Source: the human T2T-CHM13v2.0 reference genome, Homo sapiens. Taken from it: a stretch of DNA of 64,000 nucleotides. The notes beneath the pieces are model-generated. The model did not search any database. It saw only the letters and a list, made by a program, of their open reading frames with translations, and was not told the DNA's origin. How positions within the stretch are numbered: the first letter of the stretch is position 1; each line of letters begins with the position of its first letter. Positions 14,053 to 27,560 of this stretch are shown piece after piece. The position numbers and the translations under genes are program-made. The stretch lies in assembly GCF_009914755.1 (NCBI RefSeq), contig NC_060925.1. One strand, given 5' to 3'.

Positions 14053-17000
14053 ATCTAATGCCTCCTGTGCTTTCCTATAATACCGTATTCATCATCCCCT
14101 CTCCTGCTTAAAATATACTCTATAGCTTCCCATTTCCTACTAGGTAAAATCCAAGCTTCTCATTTGAAGTTCAAAGCCTTCTGGCCACTGCCTATATTTC
14201 TACCCTCACCCTCTCTGCCTCTCCTGTCAGGATCCATTGCCCTGTCATGCCCACTATTCCCTGAATAAGCTATGTGCATTTCTTCTTCTCCCCTTGTACT
14301 CTGCTCATGGTAACTTTCCTATCAGGCATATCTTCCAATTAATTCCCAGGCTCTTTCTTTCTTTTCTTCCCTTCCATCTTTCATTTCAACAGATGTGCCT
14401 AATGGCAGTGAGAGCAGTTAGGAAGATGTTATCAAATTTTAAAGGCAATGGATTGTCCTAGAGTAAGAATAGCTTTGGGAATAGCAAGAAGCAGCTAGGT
14501 TTGAGAGACACATCTGAGGTGAACAAAGAGGATTTGGCAACTAACAGGATATGTGTGAACTCTGGACAGAGGATAGGGTAATTTGGGGGCAATTATGGAG
14601 AATAACCCCAAAGTTTCTCATCTGGAAAATGGAGTGGCTATTGATGCTATTTATACAGGTCAAGAATGATGGGAGTTAGAGCAGGCATCAGGGTGGGAAC
14701 AGGTCTCATGTTCAATTTTGAACAAGTTAATTTGAGATACTTGAAGGAAATTCATGAACAAATATCCAAGAGGTAGTTGAAAATGGAGCCCTGAAACCAA
14801 GAAAAGAGATTAGGACTGGAGATAAAAATTTGGCAACATAATCATAGAGATCTGGGAGATGGGGAGGTCACCCAGGGGAAATGTGTTGTCTACTAAAGAA
14901 GGGAACAAAGGACCCTGCCAAAACTCCAGGAAGAGGTAGAAATTGCAGAGGATATATTGGAAAAAAAAAAAAAAAAAAAACCTTTCCTTTTAGATCCCCA
15001 AATGTTTGAACTTTGTCCAGGACAGTTTTATTATGAGAAAAGCTGAAGGCCAAGGTCTCACTTTGGGTTATTTGCAAATTAATAGACATGAGGAAAAAAT
15101 GAACTCTTATTCCTAGTTATAGTAACAAAGCAATTTCCAAATGAGTTTCTGACTCCTTCAAAAGAACTTGGCTCTGGGTCTAAACCTACATTCTATCCAA
15201 ACATAAATGTGTTTGAGAGTCTCCAACTGATGTTAATTCTACCCTTGAATATGAAGCTCGGAGGCAGCATTTATTCCTTGAAAGAAACTAAGAAATACAA
15301 ACCCATTTGCCTTTCTCCACTCTTCAAAGGGATTTTGGTTTAAAGATCTTGGAAACTTTTCAGAGCTGTGTTTAATAATTTTATGTGTATTCATATGCCT
15401 GGCATCTGGTACCAGGTCATGGCTATAAGTACAGGCGAAAGAGAAATAACTCACTAATGAAGGAAACCAAGATTCAGCATTAAGATGCATAGCCTAGATA
15501 TAATTTAATGTTTCTACATATATACACCTCCTGTCTATTCAGATGAGGCTAAAATGATTGATTGTAAGTATAAGGAATATTGGGCTGCAATTGTCACCCA
15601 TTTGTTAAAATTGAAAGGCTTTAAACAATGGAATTAGTATCAAGTCTAAATTTATGAACTGTTGACAATTATCCAGGTTGATACTTCACAAATGGAGAGG
15701 TCTTAAGTAATTAATAGGCTGAAACCCAGGAGTAAAAAGGGGCATTTCCCAACTTTGACTTAGCCCTAGATCTCTATAAAATTGGATTCGGGGAAGTAAA
15801 GTAGATTTGCCACTGTGTTACTCACATGTGATTATAAGTGTGATGGGGAAAGAATTCTGACAGGATGATTCATTTTGGTGTTTGGGATTTGTGATAACTT
15901 GTGACTGACTCCAGGTTTAGGCATTCAATTTATTCTTATTTAGCAACTTTTTATCCAGCTGTCAAAGGCATTAGATCTAATCACTGCCATTTTCTTTAGA
16001 GAACAGTAACCTCTGCAAGGAGATATTTTTTCTTCTTTTCAGTGATAGGAAAAGAGCCAATTAAGCTTCGTCCTGCAGAGGTACAATGGCCTAACAAACA
16101 AAACATAAACCTGGCAACTCCATTAAACTTTTGCATTCGTATCCCTAGAAAAACAAAATAGGGAAAAATGATGTCAGCCACTTCAGGTCCCAGAGGTTCA
16201 CTTTCTTTTTTTAAATGAAGAGTATGTGGGGCTCCCTTTATTTCTTCTCCCTTCCTATAGAGCTTTATTTCTTTAGTTATTCTCCCTTCCTACAGAGCTC
16301 AGAGAGAAGACGAAGAAGAGAAGAGAAAATAAAAGAAAAGAAGGGGTCCGGCAGGGCCATGACATTTTGCTGATAATGGACGAATAATGGCTCATTCCAG
16401 GAAGACAGAGAAAATGGGCTAAATTAGAAAACATTTCATAATGTTGAGCTTCAGTATCAAGTTGAGCCAAACTCAATCCAGCACAGCAATTTCCCACCTC
16501 CCAACTGTTTCTGCTTGTGCTCAAAGCTCCAATTATCCAGCCTGAATGCTTCTTATAAGACTACTACTCTTGTCCGCCCTCCCCCTGCCCCCATCTTGAG
16601 CTCTTTCTGGCTCCAAAAGGGAGTTCTGACTCTCAGTGGATTTGGGTTCCCTCCCCTCCTTCAGCTTTCTTGGACTGCCTGTCTTTTCTCCAGTGTCCTT
16701 TATTAAAAATGCTAATACTACCATTTTCAGCCTGGATTTCCAACAAATGCAGTAAAAAGGAGCATTGCTGAGGATGGGAGGGAACATGAGAGCCTGAGAT
16801 GATCTGAACCAAGGAGCGGCTTTTTATCTGGCTGTCCCTCAACTGATGTTCACAGCCCAGAAAGCAGTGAAAGCACAGCAGGGGTGGGGGGGTGGGTGGG
16901 GAGAAGAGGCTGGATTTTTTTTTTCCTTTTAAAATTAAAACCCCTAAAAAGAGAAAATGCTGTCCTTGTAACTTTGGCAGGGACTTTTAGCTTTTGTTCT

Positions 17001-17765
17001 CTTTGTCAGAGTGGCAAAATTCATCTTCTATTTTGGAAGAAGAAGGAAGAAGTGCAATGGCCTGGAAACCTGGAATATACCAGGTACTAGAGAAAGACAA
17101 GGAGGAAGATGAGAATGGGGGAGAATAAGTAGAGAAAAAAAGAAATCAAGAACGAGTGTGAGGCAGTGGGGGCAAAAGGAAGTAAGAGGGGGAAAAAGGA
17201 AGGAAGAGGCTGGCTGGATATAAATGAGCAGGAAGTGAAAATAATGGAAAGGGTAAGTAACACAGTAGAAGATGAAAGAGAAAATATGGCTGTTAAAGGA
17301 CTCTAAAAATCACAAATAGGAGAACCTAGGTAATCCCCCCAGAGACTGGCGTAGTCTCCCCCCAGATATTTCCCAGGGTGCTTTCTCCAATCCAACTTTA
17401 CATAAATCAGGCAAGGAAAGCCTTCCACTGTCCCCATCCTTCTCACGCCCATCTAATAAATATCAACATCACATTATCAGCCTAAATGTTTCTTTCTTCT
17501 TCTTATCCCACTTCCTGGCTATATTCTCTAAACAACCTCTCTTCCCTGGTCTATGACTTTTTATCATTTAGATATTAAAGATGATGGCCACATCTCATTT
17601 AAGTATGTTTAATCCAAATTATACATTGCATGTTTGTTCTTTTCATCTCTCCCTGTAAGCCAATCCCTTTGCCCTCATAATTAGCCTCGCTGCTCTTCCC
17701 CAAAGTCCCTCATTTCTCTGTACTTCAGTTAATAAAACATCTTCAACACTTAACCATAAAAATTA

Positions 17766-18305
<540 letters not shown>

Positions 18306-19447
18306 TCATAATCCTGCAGAAGGGCAACATTTTAGAAGAATAGGTTTCAGAGACTGACTATCTTGGGTTCAAATCTTGGCTCCACCACTTACAAGCCATT
18401 TAACCATGTAGTCATTCATTTGACCCTCTGGTCCTTGGTATCCTCAGAGGTAAACTTCAGAAAATGATGTCAATCTTATTGAGGGCATTAGACAAAGAGA
18501 GGTTCTCAAACTTCTTGGATCATAGTATTCAAAGTGACTCACTAATTTTCACAGCTCCCCTAGGCCAAAATAAGTATCTACTAGTTTTATGTATTAAATA
18601 GTTATGTCTGAACAATGTAATAAGTCTTTACATCTGAAAATGTATTAGTAGATAATAGAAAAAATACAATAAGTACAAATTCAAAGTCGTTAGTATGGTA
18701 TCTGACTGATATTGCCATTTCTGTTGACAATTCAAAATATCTCACAGTGCCCCTGTAAGATTGCTGCCATCCCCCAAGTCCCTCAATGCAGAGTTGGGAA
18801 CCATGGAAATAAAGTGTAAGTAAAGTTCTTGGTAAGCAAAAAGCAGGGACCCAACAAATGGCAGCTATTTCTGCTACCAATAGGAACATTTCCCTGGCAT
18901 CCAACACAGGACCTAAATAAATAAATTGAAGTTATTTATCTGGATTCATTTACTTCTCCACAGTGTTAATTCAAGTCTGGAGGAGATGAGCGAATATTGA
19001 AGTGACCTTCTGGGTTGGATCCTGCCCTTAAGAAAAAAAAAAAAATTTGCCTTGAACGTTGTAAAAAAAAATGAGTTGAGAGACAATGAGAATTCTGCTT
19101 CTAAACTCATTAAGCACCCCCAATTGGGCCCTTGTATCCACTGACGTGAAGAAGCAAGCTAGATGAGGATTAGAAAGCATTCTCAAGTCTAAACTGAAAT
19201 AGCAAAAGAAGCTCTTGTCTCCCTTCCTTTCTTTCCAAAACGACTTGGCATCTCTTCTAAGATGATTTTTATTGCAAAATCTCTCATTAGCTATTACTTG
19301 GTGGAGAATACAGGAGTACACAGAGACTCAAAAGGGCAAGAAAAATTCATTACTCTTCCCTCTCAGAAAGTGACTCCAGTGGACCCATCAATCATGTAGC
19401 ACTATTTGGTCATTGATTCTATCATTGATTTAGTGTTTATTGAACAG

Positions 19448-19831
19448 TGCTGTGGGTTGAATTGTCACCCCCGAAACTCCACCCAAATTCCTATGTTGAA
19501 GACCCAAGTCCCCATGTGACTCTATAGAAGCTAGGGCCTTTAAAAATGTCATTATGGATAATCAGGTTATAAGAGCAGAGCTCTAATCCAATAGGATTGG
19601 CTTCGTTACGAGAAGAGGAATAGACAACGCCAGAGCTCCCTCTCTGCCATGTAGGAACCTGGCAAGAAGGCTGCCATCTGCAAACCAGGAAGAGAACCCT
19701 CAAAAGAACCCAGCAGTGCTAGTGCCCTGATCTCGACTTCCTGCCTCCAAAGCTGTGAGAACATAATGTCTGTTGTTTAAGCCACTCAGTCTATGGTATT
19801 TTGTTATGGGCAGGCTGAGCTGACTACTACA
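19448..19831 (+). mobile_element. MaLR solo LTR (MLT1A-like)
   Basis: tgctgtgggttgaattgt...ctgccatctgcaaaccaggaagag...ctgttgtttaagccactcagtctatggtattttgttatg...gctgactactaca. Confidence 0.88.
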
Positions 19832-21002
19832 AACAGCTACTGTATGACTTAGAGAGTAAGGTATCACAAACACAAAGCCAGAGAAGGTATAGTCCATGTC
19901 CTTAAGGAGTTTACAGTCAAGTGGGAAAACAGACAGAACACCAATAGTTATACTGTCTTGAATTTTCTTATTTGGCTATATGTGGGTGCTATGGAACTCC
20001 AGGGAGAATCTTTTAAATTGTGACAGCAAAAACAAGGATGAGAACAGAAGCAAGTGTTCTGGGAAGGCTTTCTGGAATAGGAGTTAGAGTCAAATGGGAG
20101 CAGGAAGACATTTATCCTTAATCCCTCAACTCCCTTACCTCTACAAATCTAGTATCTCTCCCAAGAACATCCTCCTTTCAGAAAAACACCTGCTATAAAG
20201 TCTAGCTGCATTCATCTCGCTAATAGACACTTGAGTCACCTAATCAATGTCAGTGGAGACTCTATTAGCTTGTCATTTTGCCATTGAGATACTCATTGCC
20301 CCATACGCATTAGTACTCTGGTAATCTATGGGGTAATTTCAGGACTATTCTATTTTCTTCTACTATGTATATCTAAATCTCTCTTTAGGATGCTCCCTCC
20401 TCATTCATTTATTCATCCCAACTCATTCATTCATTCACTCATTCATTCAGTAGACATTAACAGTCAGCTTTCAACTTTCTTATATTTGACTCTCTTGTAG
20501 CCTACACTTTCTGCACTTTATACATTGATCTATGTCAAATGTGAATTTTTCATTATAGTTCCGATGGAGATTCCTCACTTCCTCAATTGAGGTTGATCCA
20601 TATCAGTGACTCATTTAGATGTGAGAACTGTGTGTGTACGTGTGTGTGTGTGTGTGTATGTGTGTGTGAATGTGGTGAATAGCCTCCGCTTCGTTCATTC
20701 TGACATTATGGAAGTACTTGAAAGTTTTCACCCCACCCCCCCCGCCACCCACCAATGAGAACTAAGAGACTGGAAAGAAAATAGCAGGTAAATTCCTCTC
20801 CCTTCCTCCCTAACCTTCACTTTCTATGGACTGTTTAGTGGTAAAAGTTGCTGTAAGGCCTGTTTATAGTACGTCCTGTGGATCTCAAACAGTCTTCTTG
20901 TAAAGCTATGGTCAGCTTCCTAATGCAACACCCTGCATTTACTTTTCCTCTTTCCTGTCTCAATTATCTTTTCCCCTCACTCTTGCTGACTTGGAATTAT
21001 AC

Positions 21003-21275
21003 TTTTTTTTTTGAGCTGTTTCCCAGACTGGAGTGCAGTAGCATGATCTCAGCTCACTGCAACCTCGCCAGGCTCAAGAGATTCTCCTGCCTCAACCTCC
21101 CAAGTAGTTGGAACTACAGGCTTGTGCCACCACACTGGCTAATTTTAGCATTTTTAGTAGAGATAGGGTTTCATCATGTTGGCCAGGCTGGTCTCGAACT
21201 CCTGATCTCAAGTGATTCGCCTGCCTTGGCCTCCCAAAGTGCTGGGATTACAGGTGTGAGCCACCTTGCCCTGTC
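21003..21275 (-). mobile_element. AluS with small internal deletions, probably inserted in an old ERVL-type LTR (about 20700-21340)
   Basis: Alu consensus; the flanks resemble LTR16-class sequence (by eye, less certain). Confidence 0.9.
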
Positions 21276-21774
21276 AAGGATTTTGCCTTCTTATAAATCA
21301 TTAGCTATAACCTTTGTTTCTAGGGTACTTCAGCTAAAACGGCCTTTGTGCTTCAATTTCTTCACCTATAAAGTGGAGATGGATAATGATAGTTCATATT
21401 CATAAGGTTGTAGTGAAGATTAAATGGGTTAATACTAGATGCTTTGAACAGTGTGTAGCATGTAATAAGCCCTAAATGATTGTTGGCTATTATTACTCAT
21501 CTTTTTTTTCCAGGTACCTAACACAATCCCTGAGACACAGAAAGTCATCAATAAATGTTTATTAAATGAATAAATGATGGATGTATTCTACTACAGTAGT
21601 AGGTGGAACACAGATGATTTACCTCAGTAAAGAACACCATGCCAAATGTTAAATATAAAAATCTGATTTCTCTTTTGTGGATTGAGAGACCTAAGCACTG
21701 GGGAATGCACTGAGAAAGTCAAGCAGAGATTTGATAGAACTTGCACACATAACCTTATATGCAACCATTTGCTG

Positions 21775-22520
21775 ATTCATTCAATGAACATTTATTCAGT
21801 GCTTAATAATGAATGTGACAGGAAATGACATAGGGTTACAAAGATAAATAAGACACAGCCCTGAACTTGCAGCTTGGGATAGTATGGGCAGGGGCAGACC
21901 AGTGAACAGATGATTATAGTTATCAGATCATTATAATCACAGTTTGAATACAATGGCAGAGATATGCAAGGATGTCACAGGATCACAGAAGAGGGCCACT
22001 TTATTAAGACTCGATAGCATCAGATGGGTATCTCAGATGAGACTATCTGCATGCAGATTTTAACAGTAAGTAGAAAGTAATCAGATAAGCCTGGGATGGC
22101 AGAGGGAGCAGAGTAGGAAAAGCCATTCTAGGCACAGCACACTCCTGAGCAAATGCACTGAAATGTAGGATAGCACGGCACACACAAGGGCTCTGCAAGA
22201 GATTCAATGTCATTGCAACATAAAATTTCAGGCAGGGAGGGATTGGAGATGGGGCAGAGAGGGTTGGCAGGAACCAGGTCAGGAAGCACTTGTAGTTCAC
22301 CTTAGGAAACTCCAAATTTATTTTCTGTAGGGCCATATGGGTCATTGGTGGATTGGGGCAGAGGGTAAAATGGACATAAATTTTAGATAGATCTTTTGGT
22401 GGCTAGAGAGGAAGGACTTGGGGATAAATCAGGGGGCAGGAAGCCAGATGAGAAGACCATCATGGTGGTAGAAGTGAGAGATAAAATGCCAGCCCAAGAG
22501 CAGTGGTGATGGCAGGTGAG
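21775..22520 (-). mobile_element. L2 fragment
   Basis: Starts cattcaatgaacatttattcagtgc (reverse L2 3' end), followed by purine-rich L2 body. Confidence 0.6.
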
Positions 22521-22893
22521 TCTGTGTACATGTGTAAGGGCAAATGTTGCAGTGATGAAGAGGAGATGCTCCATGCTGGACCCTGGCAAGGGCCCCTGAG
22601 ATCTGGATTCAATGCTGTCCCCCAACTTAAGAATTCCATAATAGAACTCCACCAACTGGCCTTCCAAAAATAGAACAGGTTAGGTTAGTCTGGTCCTTGG
22701 ACTTCAGTGCTGGCATCAAAAACCTAGGTTCACGCAGAAATTTAAAATCTGGGTCTAAGTAATGGCTTTGTTAAAAATTATTTCATTCACAATAGCCACA
22801 GAGCTTCAAAGGGACCAAGAAACTGAAAGTCAGGACAAAAGGAGGCTCCCCAGTTCCCAAGGTAAATGGCAAGTAAGAGACAGAGTCATATAT

Positions 22894-22894
22894 C

Positions 22895-22953
<59 letters not shown>

Positions 22954-22986
22954 AGAGAGAGACAGAGACAGAGAAAGAGAAAGAGA
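22894..22986. repeat. Compound microsatellite (CT)n(CA)n(GA)n
   Basis: Directly visible. Confidence 0.97.
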
Positions 22987-25849
22987 TTTCTAACTTTATA
23001 GCAGATTCCTCACAGTAATTATCAAGTATATATCCAGAACTTCCCAGGCAGTTTCTTTCCCTTCCCAACCCCCATCCCATGGCGCCTTAGATTACCAACT
23101 GTAACCTCACTATGCCCTACATTCTGTACTGCTGGCCCTAGGAAGTTTAATTGCTAAATTGGTTGAAGACTGAAAGAATGGGGAGAGGTTTTGCGATAGC
23201 ATCACCAGCCCTCTCTCTGGGCTTCAGTTCAAAGGAATTGCAGTTCAGGGCCAGAGGAGAGAACAGCAGACTTAATACACGTGTAGGTTTGCCTCTTCCT
23301 CCCTCTGCAATCCTCTGGTGCACAAGGGCACATCAGGGGTTGCTGGGAAACAGAGTCTTTGATGATGTGCTCTCCCTGCTGTGAAGACTAATGACTTCAA
23401 AGAGGGCATCCTGCCACGCTAGGGGCTCCCATGGAAAATCTGACTGCAGTGTAATTAGGCAAGAGGCTGGAGTTCAGGTTAGTGTGTCCAATACCACCCT
23501 CCCCTGCCCCATGGAAAATGCAATTTGAGGAAGGGAGACACAAAGCTTTAGAAGAGCAGAAGTGTGTATTTGATGCAGACAGAGAAAACGAGAAAAGTTA
23601 AAACCAAACCAATTCAAACAAAAAACAGCCTACCCAGGGACTGTTGGCCAGTGGTCAGCTGAAAGGTTTTAAATAATGCATGCAGGACTTCCCTCCTGAA
23701 AACCAATTCCCTGACAGGGGTTACAATGCATGATGCTGAATTTCTTGATTCTTACAGAAATAATCATCTGATCGCATTGCCACCTGGTATTACCAAGCAC
23801 ACTCCACAAGCCAGGCACTCTCACTTTCCATAATTCTTTTGTTTACTCCTCACTGCAATCCAATGAAGCAGGTACTATTGTGATCCCTAGTTCACAGGGG
23901 AGGATGTTAAGGCACAGAGAACTTATGTAATTTGTTCCCAGCAAAGTGAGTAGTTAGTAAGAGGTACAGCCAGGATTTGGACCCAGGTGGTCTTCTTATA
24001 GAGTTTTAACCCTTGTGTTCTGCTGGCTTGGTTCCCTTCAGATTCAAGTTTCGCATCTCAAAAATGGATAAGACCCTAGAGGACTATTGTGAGGATCAAA
24101 TAGGGTGTCTGACACAGAGGATATCCTCAGAGGAGGTGATGGGTTGTGAGGATATCCTGTGAGGATATCCTCCGAGGAGGACACATCACATCACAGAGGA
24201 GGTGATGTGATGTGTCCCTGTGAGTCCATTTCTCATGACACTAGAAATCTCACCAGTAGCAATTATTCTATTTTTATTGAGCACCTACTATATGTACTTG
24301 AGAATGAGACTCAAAAATAAGCTCTTGCTCCAAAGTTATGGTCTAGCACAGGTCAAGACAAGGGATAGAAATAAGACAAGGCACGCTGGGACGATTGCCA
24401 CAATAGATAGTCACAGGCCTGAGGCATCCCAAAGGAGGAAGAGAGGGCTTCCAATTGGGGAGTTAGAAAAGGCTTTATGATGGAGCAGGTATTTGGGCTG
24501 GGTCTTGGAGAATGAACAGAATTAACCAGGTAGGGTATTAAAGGGAAGGAACTGGAGGGAAATAAATGACCTGAGCAAAAGTGGGGAGGGGGTAAAGTAA
24601 AAGGCAAGTGTGATCAAGAACAAGCAGTTCAATCGGGCTTTGAAACAAATGCTGGGTCTGTCTTGCTAGGAGTCTTGAGTGCCAGAAGGAGTCTATCCTA
24701 ATAGCTCACATGGTTGCCATACTTGTCTTCATACATCATGCTGAAAGCCAGGATTTGGAGCCAGACTATTAGGGTCACTCTATCTCCTTTTATTCCTACT
24801 GTGACTCTCAAGCCAGTTATTGCACCCCTCTGTACCACAGCTTCCTCATCTGTAAAATGTGAGGAGCAAATAATATGAATACTCATAAAGCATTTACAAA
24901 TAATGCTTGTCACATGGAAAGCACTCAATAAATATTACCTAGTATTATGTAAATGAGGCAACAAATTTAAAGCACCCAGAAGAGTGTCTGACTCATAAAA
25001 GAAGCTTATGGTATATTCATCTCCCTCCCGCTCTTATACAGACCATGAGGCACCCCAAATATTTTTCCAAATGGACTTCACTGATGCCTGAACAAGTTCA
25101 TTCCCCTGGGGTAAGCTCTACTTATCTTCGGGCTTCTTTCCAAGGGCAAAATCTCCTGGGACCTGGGTGGAGAGGTGGGGGTGGGGAGCTCATTAAGTCA
25201 CTGACAGTGGAGAGAAGATCATTACACAACCTCTCAAAGAAGAAAAATCAGAACACCAGGTGGAGGGCAATCCTCTAGAGGGAACTTCACCCACCCGACC
25301 GCTGTGCACACAGTGAGCTCAGCTGTCTGACTCACATTACCCCGCATTTCAAAGGAGGATGTGAGAGGGAGAGCAAGACATAAAATGGGGGCCTCTTGTC
25401 ACCCACAAAACTGCTTATCCATAGAGTGTACTGCCTTCTGTGCCAGGCAGCACCGTGACGGTTTTAGTGCATGGACTCCAGTCAGAATGCCTAGGCTTGA
25501 ATCCCAAATGATGCCACTTTCTATGGGTGTAACCTTTGGGCAAGGTACCAAACTTCCTTGTGCCTTAGTTTCCTACCTATAAAGAGGGGATAGCCTCACA
25601 TAGTTGTGGTTAGATTAAAATATGTAGAACTCTTAGAAGTGTGCTAGGCACAGAGTAAACTGACAGTAAATTATTACCTATTATTATTGTCTTCACCTTC
25701 ACTTATCAAATAAAAAACTATTGAGGGTCCTGCCATCAGAACTCCTTTTAAAGCAAGACTCTAAATGACATAAAACTACATGGCTTAGAGAAAGACAAGG
25801 CCTAAGAGACACATGGAGACTGTGGAGGCAAAATCTCAACAGCTTTGCC

Positions 25850-27560
25850 TTCTCCAGAGAAAGAGGATGGATCAATTCTTTAAAACAATAAAGAATCCAA
25901 AGATGTCTAGGAGCTACAATCGATTCACTAACAAGACAAAATCCCAAGCTAGGGCCATGGCCATTTATGGAGACTTCTCCAGGTTGGCACTGATGTCATC
26001 TTTGATTTTTAGAAAAGCATGCACTAACTGGTTTAGAAAATGTATTAAATGCCCCTTCTGGTCCAGACAGGATGAAATCTTTGAAATGGACTAGATGGAA
26101 ATATGTTCAATGATCATCAGTATATTTGATGAATTCATGTGGAATTGAACAAGCATAGCCAAGAAGTTTTGAGTAAGGGGTTAAGTTCAACCTTCAGGAA
26201 GATCTCTAAGTGAAGCAGGGCTTGATCTTGCTTTCTTTAACAATTTTGTCAGTGACTTCGAGGTGACTGAAGGTGATATGGTTTGGCTGTGTCCCCACCC
26301 AAAATGTCATCTTGTAATTCCCAAAATACACACATGTCAGTATGGGGAGGGACCCGGTGGGAGGTAATTGAATCATGGGGGCAGTTTCCCCATATTGTTC
26401 TCGGGATAGTGAGTGGGTTCTCACAAGATTTGATGTTTTTATGTGTCTGGCATTTCCCCTGCTGGCACTTATTCTCTCTCCTGCCACTGTAAAGAGGTGC
26501 CATCCACCATGTTTATAAGATTCCTGAGGCCTCCCCAGCCATGTGGAACTGTGAGTCAATTAAACCTCTTTTTGTATAAATTACCCATGCTCAGGTATTT
26601 CTTTACAGCAGCAAGAGAATGGAGTAATACGAATGTATGTTAATTAAATTGGCAAATTACATAAAGAAGAAGGGATAGCTAATACATGGGATCACAAAGT
26701 CAAGATTCAAAGGATTTCAATGGGATAAAGCTAAAATTTAATATGATTTTATATAAGACCTATACCTAGGTTAAGAAGACAATTGACTTCAGTCTTGAAT
26801 ACACTTTGCCTTTTCGACAACAGTTCCTGCAGGAAAGATCTTTAATTGACCACAAACTTACTATAAGCAAACGTCATGACTTTTCTTAAAGATCCTAGCA
26901 CAAGCTTAGCTTAGAATTCACTAATAGAAAATACAGGGGAAGAAACAGGCATGCCATATTTTACATAGTGATTTGAACAGTCCTGGGCAACATAGTCTAA
27001 AAGGCATAATGACAAACTAGGGACATGCAAAAGACAGCTAGTAGGATCTTTAAGAGACTCATAAAACTTATGATCTAAAGAATAGTTGAAGGAACAAGCT
27101 CTATTTAGAAGAGAAGAGCCAGCAGAGACATCATCCTATACACAATTATCTGAGACATTAACATGTAGCCAGCCTGTATATAGTGGTCCTATTTGCTCAC
27201 AGACATCTATCCCACACTTTACAGTAGATGAGTATATTTTTCTAATGCACACAAAGGTACTATATATGGCAGCAGTCCTGAGCGTAGAAGTAGGAAATCA
27301 GCATATTCTTTATTGCTCCAAAGGACGGAGCTGACCAAACAAATGCAAGTTACAGGAAAACATATTTTTGCTCAGCCTAAAGAACTGTCTAAGAATCTGC
27401 ATTACAATGATGGAATGAGTTGCCTCTTCAAATAATGTAGCCCACATTACCAAGAGTGTTCAAACAGTGGTTGGGCAGCCATCTGATGAAATGGCTGTAG
27501 GAGGGATTTCTACAATGGGTGGCAGATTGGATATTATGACCTTGAGGTGGGCTTCCACCT
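25850..27560 (+). mobile_element. Ancient L3/CR1 LINE RT-region remnant, interrupted by a THE1 LTR
   Basis: CR1-like motifs: tttaacaattttgtcagtgactt...gaagg|tatgttaattaaattggcaaattacataaagaagaagggatagctaatac...aagattcaaagga. Confidence 0.7.
26274..26630 (+). mobile_element. THE1 (THE1C/D-like) MaLR solo LTR
   Basis: tgatatggtttggctgtgtccccaccc...ttcctgaggcctccccagccatgtggaactgtgagtcaattaaacctc...taatac; near-TSD gaagg/gaatg. Confidence 0.93.

Noticed and set aside
24110-24225. Palindromic repeats resembling a CRISPR-like array or pre-miRNA
   Set aside because: Only 2-3 irregular copies with no unique spacers, in a primate intron; a 16-bp stem is too short for a canonical Drosha substrate
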